Assembly (NCBI GenBank): GCA_047633055.1
Contig: JBLIEI010000014.1
Coordinates: 10,833-74,832, forward strand
Length of the DNA stretch: 64,000 bases
Reading direction: 5' to 3'
From: Halieaceae bacterium
GTDB taxonomy: Bacteria; Pseudomonadota; Gammaproteobacteria; Pseudomonadales; Halieaceae
The notes below the pieces were generated by a model, which made no database searches, had not been told where the DNA came from, and was given only the letters and a program-made list of their open reading frames with translations. Position numbers and translations under genes: made by a program. Shown one piece after another: positions 33,006-44,352 of this stretch. How positions within the stretch are numbered: position 1 is the first letter of the stretch; each line of letters begins with the position of its first letter.

Positions 33006-33964
33006 TGGCTGAGCTCTGCCGGTTCAGTCGACGGCGCGGTAGTGAGGCTCATGCCCTCTTCCAACGTTTGTTGCGGCCGCCAGTCAGTGGCCGCGAGGAT
33101 CGCACTGCAGTCGTAGCACTCGTCACCAAACAGCTTATGCAAAGTGCCATCAGTACCGCTGCTATTTCGGCCCCGAGCAATATCGTAGGCCTGCGCTGCC
33201 AGTCGCCAGCACCAGGCCGGTAACCATGCTCGGACTGGCGCCCTGCCAACTGCTGCAGCCAAGGCATCAAAACTTCGTCGCAGAGAGTAGCGCTCACCAT
33301 CTGTCACTATCCATGTACGCACACCGGTCAAGGATACTGTTCCACACTCAATAAGTACCGTTACCAAATCAGCACGACCAATCATCGACCGGAGGCCACC
33401 CGGCGGAGGGCGCGGCAAGCCTATGGACACCGCTCGCTGCAGCATCCCAAGGTTACCTCTGACTCCAGGCCCGTAAACCAGAGGAGGCCTTAGTATGACC
33501 ACTGACATTGCGCTATCGGAGTAGGAATCTCGCAGGGCATTCTCAGCCAGTATTTTGCTGCGCCCGTAAGGATCTAAAGGTTCGACACAGGCTGTTTCAT
33601 CTCTGGCCTGTGCGTCGTCGGCGGCGCCCATCGCCTTTACGCTACTGAGGAACACGAACCGGCGCACCCCCGCCGCGGCTGCCGCCGCCGCCAGCGCTGT
33701 CGTGGCATGATGATTAACCGCTGAATAAGCGGACTCACTAGCCTGGGTGTGGGCGATTCCCGCCAGATGAAATACGACATCGACCCCCGGGAACATTGCT
33801 GAGTCGACGGGTGTGATAGACAAATCCACCGCCAAAGACGATGTGCCGCTGACCAGTTGCCCGCCGTATCGGCTCAGCGGAATCAGATCACAATCCAACT
33901 GACGCAACTGTTCGCAAAGTTCGCGACCGATGAAACCCGTAGCTCCTGTAACCAAACATTTCAC
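33002..33964 (-). CDS. NAD-dependent epimerase/dehydratase family protein
   Basis: It carries VTGATGFIG and a YGRSK catalytic context, and overlaps the glycosyltransferase gene by 4 nt. Confidence 0.85.
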   Translation of the reverse strand: MKCLVTGATGFIGRELCEQLRQLDCDLIPLSRYGGQLVSGTSSLAVDLSITPVDSAMFPGVDVVFHLAGIAHTQASESAYSAVNHHATTALAAAAAAAGVRRFVFLSSVKAMGAADDAQARDETACVEPLDPYGRSKILAENALRDSYSDSAMSVVILRPPLVYGPGVRGNLGMLQRAVSIGLPRPPPGGLRSMIGRADLVTVLIECGTVSLTGVRTWIVTDGERYSLRRSFDALAAAVGRAPVRAWLPAWCWRLAAQAYDIARGRNSSGTDGTLHKLFGDECYDCSAILAATDWRPQQTLEEGMSLTTAPSTEPAELSQ

Positions 33965-34071
33965 ACGCAGTAATTACCGAGGGTCGACTAAAAACAAGCA
34001 GGCTGCGCCCGCATCCCGCTCGGCCAATGAAAAAGGGGCCGAAGCCCCTTCATGATACGGATGCGGCGGTG

Positions 34072-34449
34072 TTAATCCAGCGATATCAACGCACGATTTT
34101 TGTCTACGGTCGACTTGCCAATACCCTTTACTTCTTCGAGTTCATCGACTGCTGCAAAGGGACCGTAGGCTTCCCTGTGGCGCACAATTTCCTCAGCGCG
34201 ACTCATGCCCACGCCTTTTAAATTTGCGGCTAGCGTAGCCGCATCCGCCTGATTGATGTTAATGCTGGCTACCTGGGTCGCACTTGCCGTCTCCTGAGCA
34301 AACGCCGAGGGCGCCATTACGAAATAGCCAGAGCAAAGCCCCAGCGATAAGGTCAGCGCGAGCACGCGACCCAGCGATGGGCGGACTGCCCGGCCGGTGA
34401 CCCCGTGAGAGAAATAGTGAGCGAGCTGTTCTAGATAAGTATAAGTCAT
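34072..34449 (-). CDS. comEA: ComEA-family helix-hairpin-helix DNA-binding protein
   Basis: A signal/anchor segment is followed by INQADAATLAANLKGVGMSRAEEIVRHREAYGPFAAVDELEEVKGIG. Confidence 0.85.
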   Translation of the reverse strand: MTYTYLEQLAHYFSHGVTGRAVRPSLGRVLALTLSLGLCSGYFVMAPSAFAQETASATQVASININQADAATLAANLKGVGMSRAEEIVRHREAYGPFAAVDELEEVKGIGKSTVDKNRALISLD

Positions 34450-34561
34450 GATGTAATCTCCATATTACGGGTCAGCTTCCTTGCTGGCGTCCGTATCAGG
34501 GAGAAGTCTAGCAGTACCTGGCGGTGCGGCCAGCAAGTGGCCGCATTTGATTCTATGCTGT

Positions 34562-35263
34562 TTATGCGTGCTGTATCTGCAATTCTTCGTGCACGCGCTG
34601 CAGTGCTGCCAGAGGGTCATTTGCGCCTGTTATTGAGCGCCCTATAACCAGAAAATCTGCGCCATTGTCGATTGCGTCTTTGGGCGTAACCACCCGTCGC
34701 TGATCACCAGAGGCATCACCCGCCAACCGAATTCCTGGTGTCACCAGCGCAAAGTTGTCGGGATAATTCTTGCGCAAATCAGTGGTTTCCTGAGCCGAGG
34801 AAACAACGCCATCCAGACCACTGGCAGCGACCAGGCCGGCAAGCCTCGCTACCCGCTGAGGTGCAGTTTCGGTATAACCCATTTCGGCAAGGTCCTCATC
34901 CGACATACTGGTCAGCACCGTCACCCCGATTAATAGAGGTGGTGTAGAAAATCCCGCCAACGATTCCCGGGCCGCTTCCATCATCCGCCGGCCGCCAGCG
35001 GCATGTACGTTGACCATCCACACGCCCAACTCCGCCGCCGCCTTAACGGCGCCTGCTACAGTATTGGGAATATCATGAAATTTAAGATCCAGAAATATCT
35101 CAAAGCCCATACCCTGTAGCTTGCGGACCAGGTCCGGGCCGCTGCGAGTAAAGGCTTCCTTACCTATTTTGAGACGACAAAGCTCTGGAGACAGCCTTTT
35201 TGCCAAAGCCACAGACAATGCCTCATCCGGGTAATCCAGGGCGACAATAACAGGTGAGATCAT
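34562..35263 (-). CDS. pyrF: orotidine-5'-phosphate decarboxylase
   Basis: VIVALDYP and [10 protein letters not shown] motifs are present. The start was trimmed to the ATG at 35263. Confidence 0.93.
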   Translation of the reverse strand: MISPVIVALDYPDEALSVALAKRLSPELCRLKIGKEAFTRSGPDLVRKLQGMGFEIFLDLKFHDIPNTVAGAVKAAAELGVWMVNVHAAGGRRMMEAARESLAGFSTPPLLIGVTVLTSMSDEDLAEMGYTETAPQRVARLAGLVAASGLDGVVSSAQETTDLRKNYPDNFALVTPGIRLAGDASGDQRRVVTPKDAIDNGADFLVIGRSITGANDPLAALQRVHEELQIQHA

Positions 35264-35289
35264 AATCAGTCCTTCAGGGATGAACATGG

Positions 35290-36489
35290 CTATTCGAGCC
35301 GTGTCCCGCGAATTGTTTTAACCGTGCCCCAGTGCTTGCAGCCGGGACAGTACCAGTGGAGCTGTTGGCCGGCAAAACCACAGTGACCGCACCGGTAAGT
35401 GGCGCGCTCAGCAACCAAACGCTCCACCAGTAACTGCAATAAACTGAGGCTATCTCTGGCACCAGGATCCGAGGTATCCAGTTGCAGGCCGATCAGGCGT
35501 TCCAGACCTCGCAAGGAGGGCCGGTCTGCGAGCTGAGCCGAAAGAAACTCGCCAGCAATTTGGTCGCCTTCTGACACTCTTAGATCCTCCGCTACAGCCA
35601 ACACCAGCGGCGCCGAAGGATCGGTAAGCAGACAGTCCTGCAAATAGGTTTTCAGGGTCCTATCATCTTTCATCTCGCTGTAGCATTGACGCAAAAGGAG
35701 AATCGTCTCAGACACATATTCAGGGTCCTGTTGCCGCACCTTACGCAGCGCTTTAACTGCCTGCTTATAATTGCCACGGTCGAACTCAACCTCGCCAAGC
35801 AACAACGAGGCCCTGACACATTGTTTATCGTGCGTAAGGGCCTGTTGAATAAAATTAAGGGCGGCAGCCAAATCGCCTTGATCCCGATTGTCACAGGCCA
35901 TCTCGCAGTAATAATGCGCTAGCGCCACCGCAACGGATTGCCCCTCAACAGGCTCAATACCGGCGCTCAGCAGCGATTTACGGGGCAGCAATGCCGTGGC
36001 CACTTCAATAGCCTGCTCCCACTCCCGCTCATTTTGGTAGATTTCCATTAGATGGCGCTGACTGGATCGACGCTGCTCGGGGGACTCTGCCACCAGATCC
36101 AGCAACAAACGCTCGGCCCGGTCCAACAATCCTGCGCTAATGTAATCCCTGGCCAGCTCCAGATGAGCCTGATGGACCTGGCTACTGGGCAAACTGGGGC
36201 GGGCCAGCAGATTCTGGTGAATACGGATAGCGCGATCCACCTCTCCTTTTTTACGCAACATATTACCCAATGCTAGGTGGGTTTCGAGGGTTTCGCTATT
36301 GACCTCCAGAGCATTGATAAATGCGTCTATCGCCCCGTCGGGTCGGCCATCCAACAGATAATTCAGGCCCTTATAATATTGGCTGGGTAATTCCGGGCTC
36401 GCAGGCGCGCCGGGTGCACTGCGTTTGCCCATTAACCAACCGATGGCTATCGCCACAAACAGCAGTGCAAAGATAAAAATGTCATTCAC
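35290..36489 (-). CDS. lapB: lipopolysaccharide assembly protein B (TPR + rubredoxin-type zinc finger)
   Basis: It has an N-terminal TM segment, TPR repeats and a C-terminal [14 protein letters not shown] motif. Confidence 0.9.
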   Translation of the reverse strand: MNDIFIFALLFVAIAIGWLMGKRSAPGAPASPELPSQYYKGLNYLLDGRPDGAIDAFINALEVNSETLETHLALGNMLRKKGEVDRAIRIHQNLLARPSLPSSQVHQAHLELARDYISAGLLDRAERLLLDLVAESPEQRRSSQRHLMEIYQNEREWEQAIEVATALLPRKSLLSAGIEPVEGQSVAVALAHYYCEMACDNRDQGDLAAALNFIQQALTHDKQCVRASLLLGEVEFDRGNYKQAVKALRKVRQQDPEYVSETILLLRQCYSEMKDDRTLKTYLQDCLLTDPSAPLVLAVAEDLRVSEGDQIAGEFLSAQLADRPSLRGLERLIGLQLDTSDPGARDSLSLLQLLVERLVAERATYRCGHCGFAGQQLHWYCPGCKHWGTVKTIRGTRLE

Positions 36490-36787
36490 TGGCTTTCAGG
36501 CCGGCAGTGCGCAAGGTATCCACCTCGCTGCGGGCACGGGCTAGCTGCCGTTGAGCCGAGCCCAGTGAAGTACGCAGACGTATTACAATCGCTGAAGAAA
36601 TAAGCATTCCTGAAATACCACCCAGAGCCAATGCCGCAAACAACCAAAGCGCCAAACTGCGCGGTTCAAAGGCATAGACCAGCAGGTTTAACGGTACCGG
36701 CTCCTTATTCTGAATGGCGAAGAGCACACCAATCGCGAGCGCGCCCACAACAACGGCAATAGTCAACAAGGTGCGTAAAAATTTCAT
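36482..36787 (-). CDS. lapA: lipopolysaccharide assembly protein A
   Basis: A 101-aa two-TM protein immediately upstream of lapB and overlapping it. Confidence 0.8.
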   Translation of the reverse strand: MKFLRTLLTIAVVVGALAIGVLFAIQNKEPVPLNLLVYAFEPRSLALWLFAALALGGISGMLISSAIVIRLRTSLGSAQRQLARARSEVDTLRTAGLKASE

Positions 36788-36841
36788 AGGCGCTTCCAGA
36801 TAGGATCAAAACATATGTCTGCCAAAGCTGTCTCCGGCGGC

Positions 36842-36875
36842 AAAAAAAAAACGGCATGACCATGAGATCATACCG
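36842..36875 (-). terminator. rho-independent terminator after ihfB
   Basis: The minus-strand hairpin CGGTATGATC-TCAT-GGTCATGCCG is followed by T10 (complement of A36842-36851). Confidence 0.6.
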
Positions 36876-36895
36876 CTTCTGATTTTGCGGGCAAA

Positions 36896-37192
36896 CTACA
36901 ACCCCGCTTGCAGACCCAAATTCACTCGCTCACGCAGCTCCTTGCCCGGCTTGAAATGGGGTACGTACTTTCCGGTCAGCTCCACCGAATCGCCGGTCTT
37001 GGGATTGCGCCCTCTGCGGGGCTCGCGATAATGTAGCGAAAAACTGCCAAAGCCGCGAATCTCAATCCGCTCACCAGTCGATAAAGCCTGTGACATATGT
37101 TCAAGTATAGTTTTCACGGCCAGCTCCACGTCCTTGGACGAGAGCTGGGATTGGCGAGCCGATATTGTTTCAATCAGTTCACTCTTAGTCAT
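36896..37192 (-). CDS. ihfB: integration host factor subunit beta
   Basis: [40 protein letters not shown] is present. The start was trimmed to 37192. Confidence 0.95.
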   Translation of the reverse strand: MTKSELIETISARQSQLSSKDVELAVKTILEHMSQALSTGERIEIRGFGSFSLHYREPRRGRNPKTGDSVELTGKYVPHFKPGKELRERVNLGLQAGL

Positions 37193-37292
37193 GCTGCCCC
37201 CTTGTATAGAGGTTCTCTTATTCATTGCATCAATATAAAAGGGAATATTCGGAAATTCCACTAAAATCTACGCAAGTTGTTATTTTTTAACG

Positions 37293-37317
37293 AAAAAAAG
37301 CCCACCGAAGTGGGCCT
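37293..37317 (-). terminator. rho-independent terminator after rpsA
   Basis: The minus-strand hairpin GGCCCAC-TTCG-GTGGGCT is followed by T7. Confidence 0.7.
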
Positions 37318-37345
37318 TTTAGGGGGCTTTTGAAATTAAATAAGG

Positions 37346-39022
37346 TTATTTATCACCCATCTGAGCCTTAATCAGGTCGCCGATAGTGCCTGGCGAAGTA
37401 GACTCTGCTTCGGTCTCTTTCAGTGACTTAACCGCTTCTTTCTCGTCGTCGTGGTCCTTGGCTTTGATAGACAGTGCCAAGCCGCGATTCTTGCGATCCA
37501 CCGAAGTGATCTTCGCTTCTACCGAGTCGCCAACTTTGTACAGGCTGCGGGCGTCTTCCACCTTGTCTCGGCTGATATCTGAAGCCTTCAACACGCCGAT
37601 AACTTCCTCAGCCAGCTTTATCACCACGGACTTGGCATCAACTTCAATGACCTCACCGGTGACGATCGCACCGCGGTCATTCTCGGCCACGTAGTTACCG
37701 AAAGGGTCATCTTCCAGCTGCTTAACGCCCAAAGAAATACGCTCGCGTTCTGGATCGATGGACAGGATGACAGTTTCGATCTCATCGCCCTTCTTGTAGT
37801 TGCGCACAGCTTCTTCGCCAGTCTCGTTCCAGCTGATGTCGGACAGGTGGACCAGTCCATCGATCGCGCCTTCCAGTCCGATGAAAATACCAAAGTCAGT
37901 AATGGACTTGATGCTGCCGGCAATCTTGTCGCCTTTGCTGTACTGCGAGGCAAATGCGTCCCAGGGGTTTTGCTGACACTGCTTGATACCCAGTGAGATA
38001 CGACGACGCTCTTCGTCGATATCCAGAACCATAACCTCTACCTCATCGCCCAGTTGGACAATCTTGGAGGGGTGTACGTTCTTGTTGGTCCAATCCATCT
38101 CGGAGACGTGCACCAGACCTTCAACACCTTCTTCAAGCTCGGCGAAACAGCCGTAGTCAGTAAGATTGGTGATCTTGGCGCTAACACGGCTGCCTTCAGG
38201 ATAGCGACCCGTAATTTCAACCCAGGGATCTTCGCCGAGTTGCTTCAAGCCCAGCGATACGCGATTACGCTCACGGTCAAACTTGAGGATCTTAACGTCG
38301 ATTTCCTGTGCCACTTCAACAATTTCAGAAGGATGCTTGATGCGCTTCCAGGACATATCGGTAATGTGCAGCAGGCCGTCCACGCCGCCTAAGTCTACGA
38401 AAGCGCCATAGTCGGTCAGGTTCTTAACGATACCCTTAACAGACATACCTTCTTGCAAGCTTTCCAGCAGCGCGTCACGCTCTACGCTGTTAGCAGCTTC
38501 CATGACTGCGCGACGAGAAACCACCACATTGTTGCGTTTCTGATCGAGCTTGATTACTTTAAATTCGAGTTCTTTTCCTTCCAGATGTGCGGTCTCACGA
38601 ACCGGACGCACATCAACCAGAGAACCGGGCAAGAATGCGCGGATAGTGTTGATGTCGACAGTGAATCCGCCCTTGACCTTACCGTTGATAATACCGGTAA
38701 CCATTTCGTCAGCTTCGTGAGCAGCTTCAAGATCTTTCCATGCCTCGGCACGCTTGGCTTTTTCACGGGAGAGCTTGGTCTCACCAAAACCATCTTCAAC
38801 AGTTTCCAGAGCGACCTGAACTTCATCACCAATACTCAGGGACACTTCACCCGCGGCATCAGCAAACTGGATACGAGGAATAACGCCTTCGGACTTAAGC
38901 CCGGCGTGGACGGTCACCCACTCGCTATCGATATCGATAACAACGCCGGTGACAATGGCACCTGGCTTCATATCGACTGTTTTTAGACTTTCTTCAAAGA
39001 GATCGGCGAAAGATTCGCTCAT
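37346..39022 (-). CDS. rpsA: 30S ribosomal protein S1
   Basis: A 558-aa protein with six S1 repeats, starting [13 protein letters not shown]. Confidence 0.97.
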   Translation of the reverse strand: MSESFADLFEESLKTVDMKPGAIVTGVVIDIDSEWVTVHAGLKSEGVIPRIQFADAAGEVSLSIGDEVQVALETVEDGFGETKLSREKAKRAEAWKDLEAAHEADEMVTGIINGKVKGGFTVDINTIRAFLPGSLVDVRPVRETAHLEGKELEFKVIKLDQKRNNVVVSRRAVMEAANSVERDALLESLQEGMSVKGIVKNLTDYGAFVDLGGVDGLLHITDMSWKRIKHPSEIVEVAQEIDVKILKFDRERNRVSLGLKQLGEDPWVEITGRYPEGSRVSAKITNLTDYGCFAELEEGVEGLVHVSEMDWTNKNVHPSKIVQLGDEVEVMVLDIDEERRRISLGIKQCQQNPWDAFASQYSKGDKIAGSIKSITDFGIFIGLEGAIDGLVHLSDISWNETGEEAVRNYKKGDEIETVILSIDPERERISLGVKQLEDDPFGNYVAENDRGAIVTGEVIEVDAKSVVIKLAEEVIGVLKASDISRDKVEDARSLYKVGDSVEAKITSVDRKNRGLALSIKAKDHDDEKEAVKSLKETEAESTSPGTIGDLIKAQMGDK

Positions 39023-39178
39023 TGGACATTACCTGTAAATATTGTGGCGTTGAACGCCTGCACCGATTCTCCAGCAGAAACGGGTCATCTATATATAAGC
39101 CGCTATATCACGCCAGAGCTGGAACAGCGAGAAAGCAGCAGTTAATGCCATTTTTAAAGAATTTAGCAACAAATAGAG

Positions 39179-39862
39179 CTATTTGAGGCCTTTTTCTTTG
39201 ACCTTGGACATGGCCCGCGCGAACACAGCAGCGATCGGCATGGTTGAACTGTCAAGGACAATAGCATCTTCGGCGGGGCACAAAGGTGAGACCGTGCGAC
39301 TGCTGTCGCGGGCATCTCTTTCCTCGATGTCCTTTAGAAGGCGCGGGAGCGTAACATTTTCACCCTTGGCAATCAATTGCTGGTAGCGCCGCTCAGCGCG
39401 TATTTCCGGGCTGGCCGTGAGGAATATTTTCAAGTTTGCCTCAGGGAAAACAACGGTGCCCATATCGCGACCATCGGCGACCAGGCCAGGGGCAGCACAA
39501 AACTCCCTCTGCCTAGCCAGTAAGGCCTCTCGAACGGAGGGAATGGCGGCGACGGTAGACGCCCCACGGCCACCCTCCTCGGTGCGAATCGCCTTACTGA
39601 CGTCCTGCCCCTTGTAGGCCACCAAAATTTCGCCGCTATCGCAGCTGGTAAAAGTCACTTCAAGGTGACGTGCGACGGTTGTCACTGCCACCTCGTTATC
39701 CCAACGTACGCCCTCAATCAGACAAGCCTGGCCAGTGACACGATACAGAGCACCGCTATCAAGTAGATGCCAACCCAATGCCTCTGCCAGCATATGACTG
39801 AGCGTACCCTTGCCAGCGCCGCTAGGGCCATCAACCGCGATAATAGGTGCCGTGCCGCTCAC
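39179..39862 (-). CDS. cmk: (d)CMP kinase
   Basis: It carries the P-loop IAVDGPSGAGKGT and lies between aroA and rpsA. Confidence 0.93.
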   Translation of the reverse strand: MSGTAPIIAVDGPSGAGKGTLSHMLAEALGWHLLDSGALYRVTGQACLIEGVRWDNEVAVTTVARHLEVTFTSCDSGEILVAYKGQDVSKAIRTEEGGRGASTVAAIPSVREALLARQREFCAAPGLVADGRDMGTVVFPEANLKIFLTASPEIRAERRYQQLIAKGENVTLPRLLKDIEERDARDSSRTVSPLCPAEDAIVLDSSTMPIAAVFARAMSKVKEKGLK

Positions 39863-41167
39863 TTAGGTTGCCACCGCCGAAATCTGCAGACCCACACTAC
39901 GAGCCAGATCGTCGAAGCCGGGAAATGAGGTCGCCACATGATCACAGTCCAGTACGTGGATCTCTCCCTCGGAACGTAAGGCCGCTATGGCAAACGCCAT
40001 CGCGATCCGGTGGTCGTGAAACGTGTTCACCGCCCCAGATCCTATAGTGCCCCCCTCAATAACAATACCGTCGGCCAGTACTTCATTGATTACCCCTAGA
40101 GTAGTCAAACCCTCGGCCATACTGGCAATGCGGTCACTTTCCTTAACGCGCAACTCCTCGGCACCGGTTAAACGGGTAGTGCCTTCGGCGCAGGCCGCCG
40201 CAATGAACAGCACGGGGAATTCATCGATAGCCAGCGGCACGAGGTCCTGCGGTATATCGATCCCTTTTAGTGACGCGTAACGAACGCGGATATCAGCCAC
40301 CGGTTCACCGCCGACTTCACGCTGATTTTGCAGGCTGATATCGGCCCCCATGGCCTGCAATATGCCGATGACACCGGTTCGCGTGGGGTTTATTCCAACG
40401 TGGGTCAACAACAGATCTGAACCTGGTGCGATGCTGGCGGCAACCAGGAAAAATGCCGCCGAGGAGATATCCGCGGGGACATCGATATCGGCCGCAGTCA
40501 GTTCGCCGCCTCCAGTCACACTGATGACTCCATGCTGGGTAGTCACGTCGTAGCTGAACCCGCGCAGCATGCGCTCGGTATGATCACGGGTAGGTGCTGG
40601 CTCGGTGACCGAGGTTTGGCCACGCGCATACAAGCCAGCCAACAAAACACAGGATTTGACCTGTGCACTGGCCATGGGTAAGTCATAACGTATGCCATTC
40701 AGCACTTTTCCCCCGTGAAGACGCAGAGGCGGTCTACCACCCTCGGCGCTATCGACCTGTGCACCCATGAGCTTCAGAGGATCGATAACACGACCCATAG
40801 GACGACCACACAGAGACTCATCGCCCGTCAACTCGCAAGAGAAATCCTGGCCGGCCAGCAAACCACACAACAGCCGGATACTAGTACCCGCATTGCCTAA
40901 ATCCAGTGGTTTGGAAGGCGCCTTTAAGCCATACAGGCCAACACCTTCTATGGTCAGCGCACCGTTTTGCGGCGCGCTGATCTTGACACCCATTTCACGA
41001 AAGGCCGCCACGGTCGCCAGGGCGTCCTCGCCCTCTAGAAAACCCGACACTCGCGTGGTGCCAAGGGCCAGGGCGCCTAGCATTATAGCCCGGTGGGAAA
41101 TGGATTTGTCCCCGGGAACGCGCACTTCACCAGTGATGGTTCCGCCAGGTAAAAGCTTAAATCGCAT
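39863..41167 (-). CDS. aroA: 3-phosphoshikimate 1-carboxyvinyltransferase
   Basis: PGDKSISHRAIMLGALA and LGNAGTSIRLL motifs are present. Confidence 0.95.
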   Translation of the reverse strand: MRFKLLPGGTITGEVRVPGDKSISHRAIMLGALALGTTRVSGFLEGEDALATVAAFREMGVKISAPQNGALTIEGVGLYGLKAPSKPLDLGNAGTSIRLLCGLLAGQDFSCELTGDESLCGRPMGRVIDPLKLMGAQVDSAEGGRPPLRLHGGKVLNGIRYDLPMASAQVKSCVLLAGLYARGQTSVTEPAPTRDHTERMLRGFSYDVTTQHGVISVTGGGELTAADIDVPADISSAAFFLVAASIAPGSDLLLTHVGINPTRTGVIGILQAMGADISLQNQREVGGEPVADIRVRYASLKGIDIPQDLVPLAIDEFPVLFIAAACAEGTTRLTGAEELRVKESDRIASMAEGLTTLGVINEVLADGIVIEGGTIGSGAVNTFHDHRIAMAFAIAALRSEGEIHVLDCDHVATSFPGFDDLARSVGLQISAVAT

Positions 41168-41176
41168 AATATTCTC

Positions 41177-42094
41177 TCAGTCCCGGGTCGTATTGTGACC
41201 GGAGTCGCGGGCGTCAAGCAGGACTGTAAATCGATCCCGCGACTCTTTTGCTCGAGTAAAGGTAGCCAAAAGCGCCTCGCTATCCTCCGCCTCAATCGCG
41301 GCACGTAGAGTGACCAGGTGGTCTTCAAATTTGCCCAATGAATCCAACAATGCACCTTTATTGGCAATGGCAATGTCTTTCCACATAACGGGGTCGCTGG
41401 AGGCAATACGAGTAAAATCACGAAAACCACCGGCGGCAAAGCGAAAAATATCCTCACTGCTATCTGCCTGCGCCAGGGCATCTACCAAAGCATACGCCAG
41501 TACATGGGGTAAATGACTGGTGGCCGCCAGTACCGCGTCATGATTCGCAACCGACATCGCCACTACCTCTGCGCCAGTGCTTTCCCACATGGCCCTGATC
41601 AGATCTACAGCCTTTGAATCCGTGTCTTGCTCTGGGGTAAGAATGACACGGTGCCGTTGAAATAAACCCGCGCTGGATGCCTCCACACCACTGCGTTCCG
41701 AGCCCGCTATCGGATGCCCGAGCACCAGCCGTGGTGGCATTCTTCCATTGGCTGCCATCACCGCACTACGCAAACTGCCTTTGACGCTGGCAACATCGGT
41801 AATAACGGGGCCCGAGTCGTCTTCAGGGAGCAGCGGAAGAATCTCTTGCAGCATATCTGCTGCAATAAGAGTCGGGGTGGCGACAACCAGAATATCTGCC
41901 TGTGCTACGGCTTCTTCAAGATTTAGTGTGAAGCTATCGATAACGCCTAATTCAACGCCGCGTGACAACGAGGGCTCTCGATGCCCCCAGCCCACGATAC
42001 GTTGACTGAAACCGGTAGCGCGCAGAGATCTTGCCAGTGAACCGCCGATCAACCCCAGACCGAGAATTACCACGGTGTCTTGCCGGTAGCTCAT
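41177..42094 (-). CDS. tyrA: prephenate dehydrogenase
   Basis: It has the Rossmann motif VVILGLGLIGGS. The start was trimmed to MSYRQ at 42094, since the longer ORF overlaps pheA. Confidence 0.85.
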   Translation of the reverse strand: MSYRQDTVVILGLGLIGGSLARSLRATGFSQRIVGWGHREPSLSRGVELGVIDSFTLNLEEAVAQADILVVATPTLIAADMLQEILPLLPEDDSGPVITDVASVKGSLRSAVMAANGRMPPRLVLGHPIAGSERSGVEASSAGLFQRHRVILTPEQDTDSKAVDLIRAMWESTGAEVVAMSVANHDAVLAATSHLPHVLAYALVDALAQADSSEDIFRFAAGGFRDFTRIASSDPVMWKDIAIANKGALLDSLGKFEDHLVTLRAAIEAEDSEALLATFTRAKESRDRFTVLLDARDSGHNTTRD

Positions 42095-42105
42095 TTGCCG
42101 GCCTC

Positions 42106-43224
42106 CTACAATACTGCGCGCGGGTAGGAGCCCAGAGGTTTGAGCAAAATGGATTGCTCTTCCAACTCTGTAACGATGGCCGCGATATTGTCGTCCTGCA
42201 CATGGCCCTCGAATTCTATGAAGAATACATAGGCCCATTTTTCGGTGCGAGACGGTCGTGTATCAATGCGGGTTAGGCTAACGCCCCCTTTACGAAAAGG
42301 TTCAAGAAGAGTAAATAATGCACCGGGCTTGTTGCGACTTGCGACTATAATAGAAGTCTTATCTCGACCACTGGGTGGGACTTCCTTGCGGCCAACAATC
42401 AAAAAGCGGGTGGTATTATCAGGGAAGTCCTCGATATTGCTGGCCAGCTTTTCCAAGTGATACTGACTGGCAGCGATATCGCCGGCAACGGCGGCAATGC
42501 CAGGAGTTTCGGCAGCGATAAGAGCGGCCTCACCGTTACTGCTCACGGCTACTCGCTCCACGTTCGGCCAGTGCTGGTCCAACCAGTTGCGGCATTGGGC
42601 AAGCGCCTGCTGATGGGCGTAAATCCGAGTGACCTGTTTTGCGCTGGTGCCAGGCGCCACCAACAGATGATGCATGATGCGCATTTCGACTTCGCCGGAT
42701 ATCTTCAGCGAGGAGTCCATAAAATTATCGAGAGTATGGCTGACCATGCCCTCGGTCGAATTTTCTACCGGCACCACACCGTAATTACATTCACCGGACT
42801 CAACCTGAGAGAACACGGTGTCAATGGTACTTTGCGATACGTTCAGGGCAGCGTGGCCGAAATGCTTAATGGTAGCGGCTTGGGTAAAAGTGCCCTCTGG
42901 GCCGAGATAAGCGACCTGCAAAGGCTTTTCCAAGGCAAGACAAGCTGACATAACCTCGCGAAAGATATGCGCGACAGTTTCTCCGGCCAGAGGGCCCTCG
43001 TTGCGATCTATAATCCCTTGCAATACTTGAGCTTCGCGCTCGGGGCGATAATAAACCACTTCGGCACTTTCATCCCCAGCGGCACGCGCTGCCTGTACAG
43101 CGGCCAGCTTAATATCCGCAACCCGCTGGGCGCACTCGGCCCGACGGTTTAGCAACGCCTGTATTTCGCGGTCAATCGCGTCTATATCCGCCCTGACCTG
43201 ATCCAAGTTCCGTTCGTCTGCCAT
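42106..43224 (-). CDS. pheA: bifunctional chorismate mutase / prephenate dehydratase
   Basis: An N-terminal chorismate mutase domain (LDQVRADIDAIDREIQALLNRR) is followed by a prephenate dehydratase domain and a C-terminal ACT domain. Confidence 0.92.
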   Translation of the reverse strand: MADERNLDQVRADIDAIDREIQALLNRRAECAQRVADIKLAAVQAARAAGDESAEVVYYRPEREAQVLQGIIDRNEGPLAGETVAHIFREVMSACLALEKPLQVAYLGPEGTFTQAATIKHFGHAALNVSQSTIDTVFSQVESGECNYGVVPVENSTEGMVSHTLDNFMDSSLKISGEVEMRIMHHLLVAPGTSAKQVTRIYAHQQALAQCRNWLDQHWPNVERVAVSSNGEAALIAAETPGIAAVAGDIAASQYHLEKLASNIEDFPDNTTRFLIVGRKEVPPSGRDKTSIIVASRNKPGALFTLLEPFRKGGVSLTRIDTRPSRTEKWAYVFFIEFEGHVQDDNIAAIVTELEEQSILLKPLGSYPRAVL

Positions 43225-43236
43225 TAGCTTGAGTAT

Positions 43237-44316
43237 CTAACCATTGCGTCTTTCAAAGTCCCGCATAAAGTCGATCAGCGCAGTTACTGCCTGCTCACTC
43301 ACTGCATTGTAGATACTTGCGCGCATTCCGCCTACTGAGCGATGCCCCTTCAAGTTCAACAGCCCGGCGGCCTCAGACTCCTGTAAAAACTGTTTATCGA
43401 GTTCCGCATCAGCCAGCATAAACGGTATATTCATCAAGGATCGACTGGGGATTTCCACCGGATTGGCGTAGAAATCACTATTGTCGATGGCGCTATACAA
43501 GGCCTCTGCTTTGCCCCTATTGATTGCCTCCATGGCGTCCAGCCCGCCAAGATCCTCCAGCCAGGCAAACACCAGTCCGGCCAGATACAGACCAAAGGTC
43601 GGCGGCGTGTTGTACATTGAATCGTTGTCGGCCGCCACCTGCCAATTCAGCATCGCCGGGCAGTTAGCCATCGCGCGGCCAAGCAGGTCGCGGCGGACAA
43701 TAGCCAGAGTCAGACCTGCAGGGCCGATGTTTTTTTGCGCGCCCGCATAAATAAAGCCAAACTCGCTGACATCGATAGGCCGGGACAAAATAGTGGATGA
43801 CATATCGGCCACTAGCGGCACATCGACTTGCGGCGTCCAAAAGTACTCCACGCCGCCAATGGTTTCGTTTGGGGTGTAATGAAGATACGCCGCATCATCA
43901 CTCAGGGCCCAGCTCTCGCGAGAAGGAATGGTGGAAAACTTGGTATCTTCGGAACTTGCCGCGACATTAACCTCACAGTAACGGCCCGCCTCAGCTATCG
44001 CCTTCTTAGACCACTGCCCGGTATTAATATAGTCAACCTTGTCTCCAGCCGCTGCCAGATTCAAAGGCACGGCGGCAAATTGAGTACTGGCACCGCCCTG
44101 TAAAAACAGTACGGCATAGTCGTCCGTGATGCCCAAAAGACGCCGCAGAGACTGCTCGGCGGCCTCGGCCACACCGACAACCTCAGGGCTGCGGTGGCTC
44201 ATCTCCATCAACGACAGGCCTCTGCCATGCCAGTCTAGCAATTCATCGCGCGCAATCTCGAGAACAGACTCGGGCAAAGAAGCCGGTCCGGCGCAGAAGT
44301 TGTAACAGCGGGTCAT
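43237..44316 (-). CDS. serC: phosphoserine aminotransferase
   Basis: YNFCAGPA at the N-terminus, a 359-aa length and conserved synteny with gyrA and pheA. Confidence 0.93.
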   Translation of the reverse strand: MTRCYNFCAGPASLPESVLEIARDELLDWHGRGLSLMEMSHRSPEVVGVAEAAEQSLRRLLGITDDYAVLFLQGGASTQFAAVPLNLAAAGDKVDYINTGQWSKKAIAEAGRYCEVNVAASSEDTKFSTIPSRESWALSDDAAYLHYTPNETIGGVEYFWTPQVDVPLVADMSSTILSRPIDVSEFGFIYAGAQKNIGPAGLTLAIVRRDLLGRAMANCPAMLNWQVAADNDSMYNTPPTFGLYLAGLVFAWLEDLGGLDAMEAINRGKAEALYSAIDNSDFYANPVEIPSRSLMNIPFMLADAELDKQFLQESEAAGLLNLKGHRSVGGMRASIYNAVSEQAVTALIDFMRDFERRNG

Positions 44317-44352
44317 TTCAGTATTTCCTTGTATGTAACATGAGCGGGGGAC

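Noticed and set aside
42095-42238. N-terminal extensions given by the ORF track for tyrA. The same issue arises for the response regulator (6926), uvrB (11950), pyrF (35287), ihfB (37261), the GS-like gene (53441), scpB (55028) and the SH3 protein (58372).
   Set aside because: The extensions overlap the upstream gene or precede the conserved N-terminus of the family. The internal starts fit the family N-termini and the gene spacing better.
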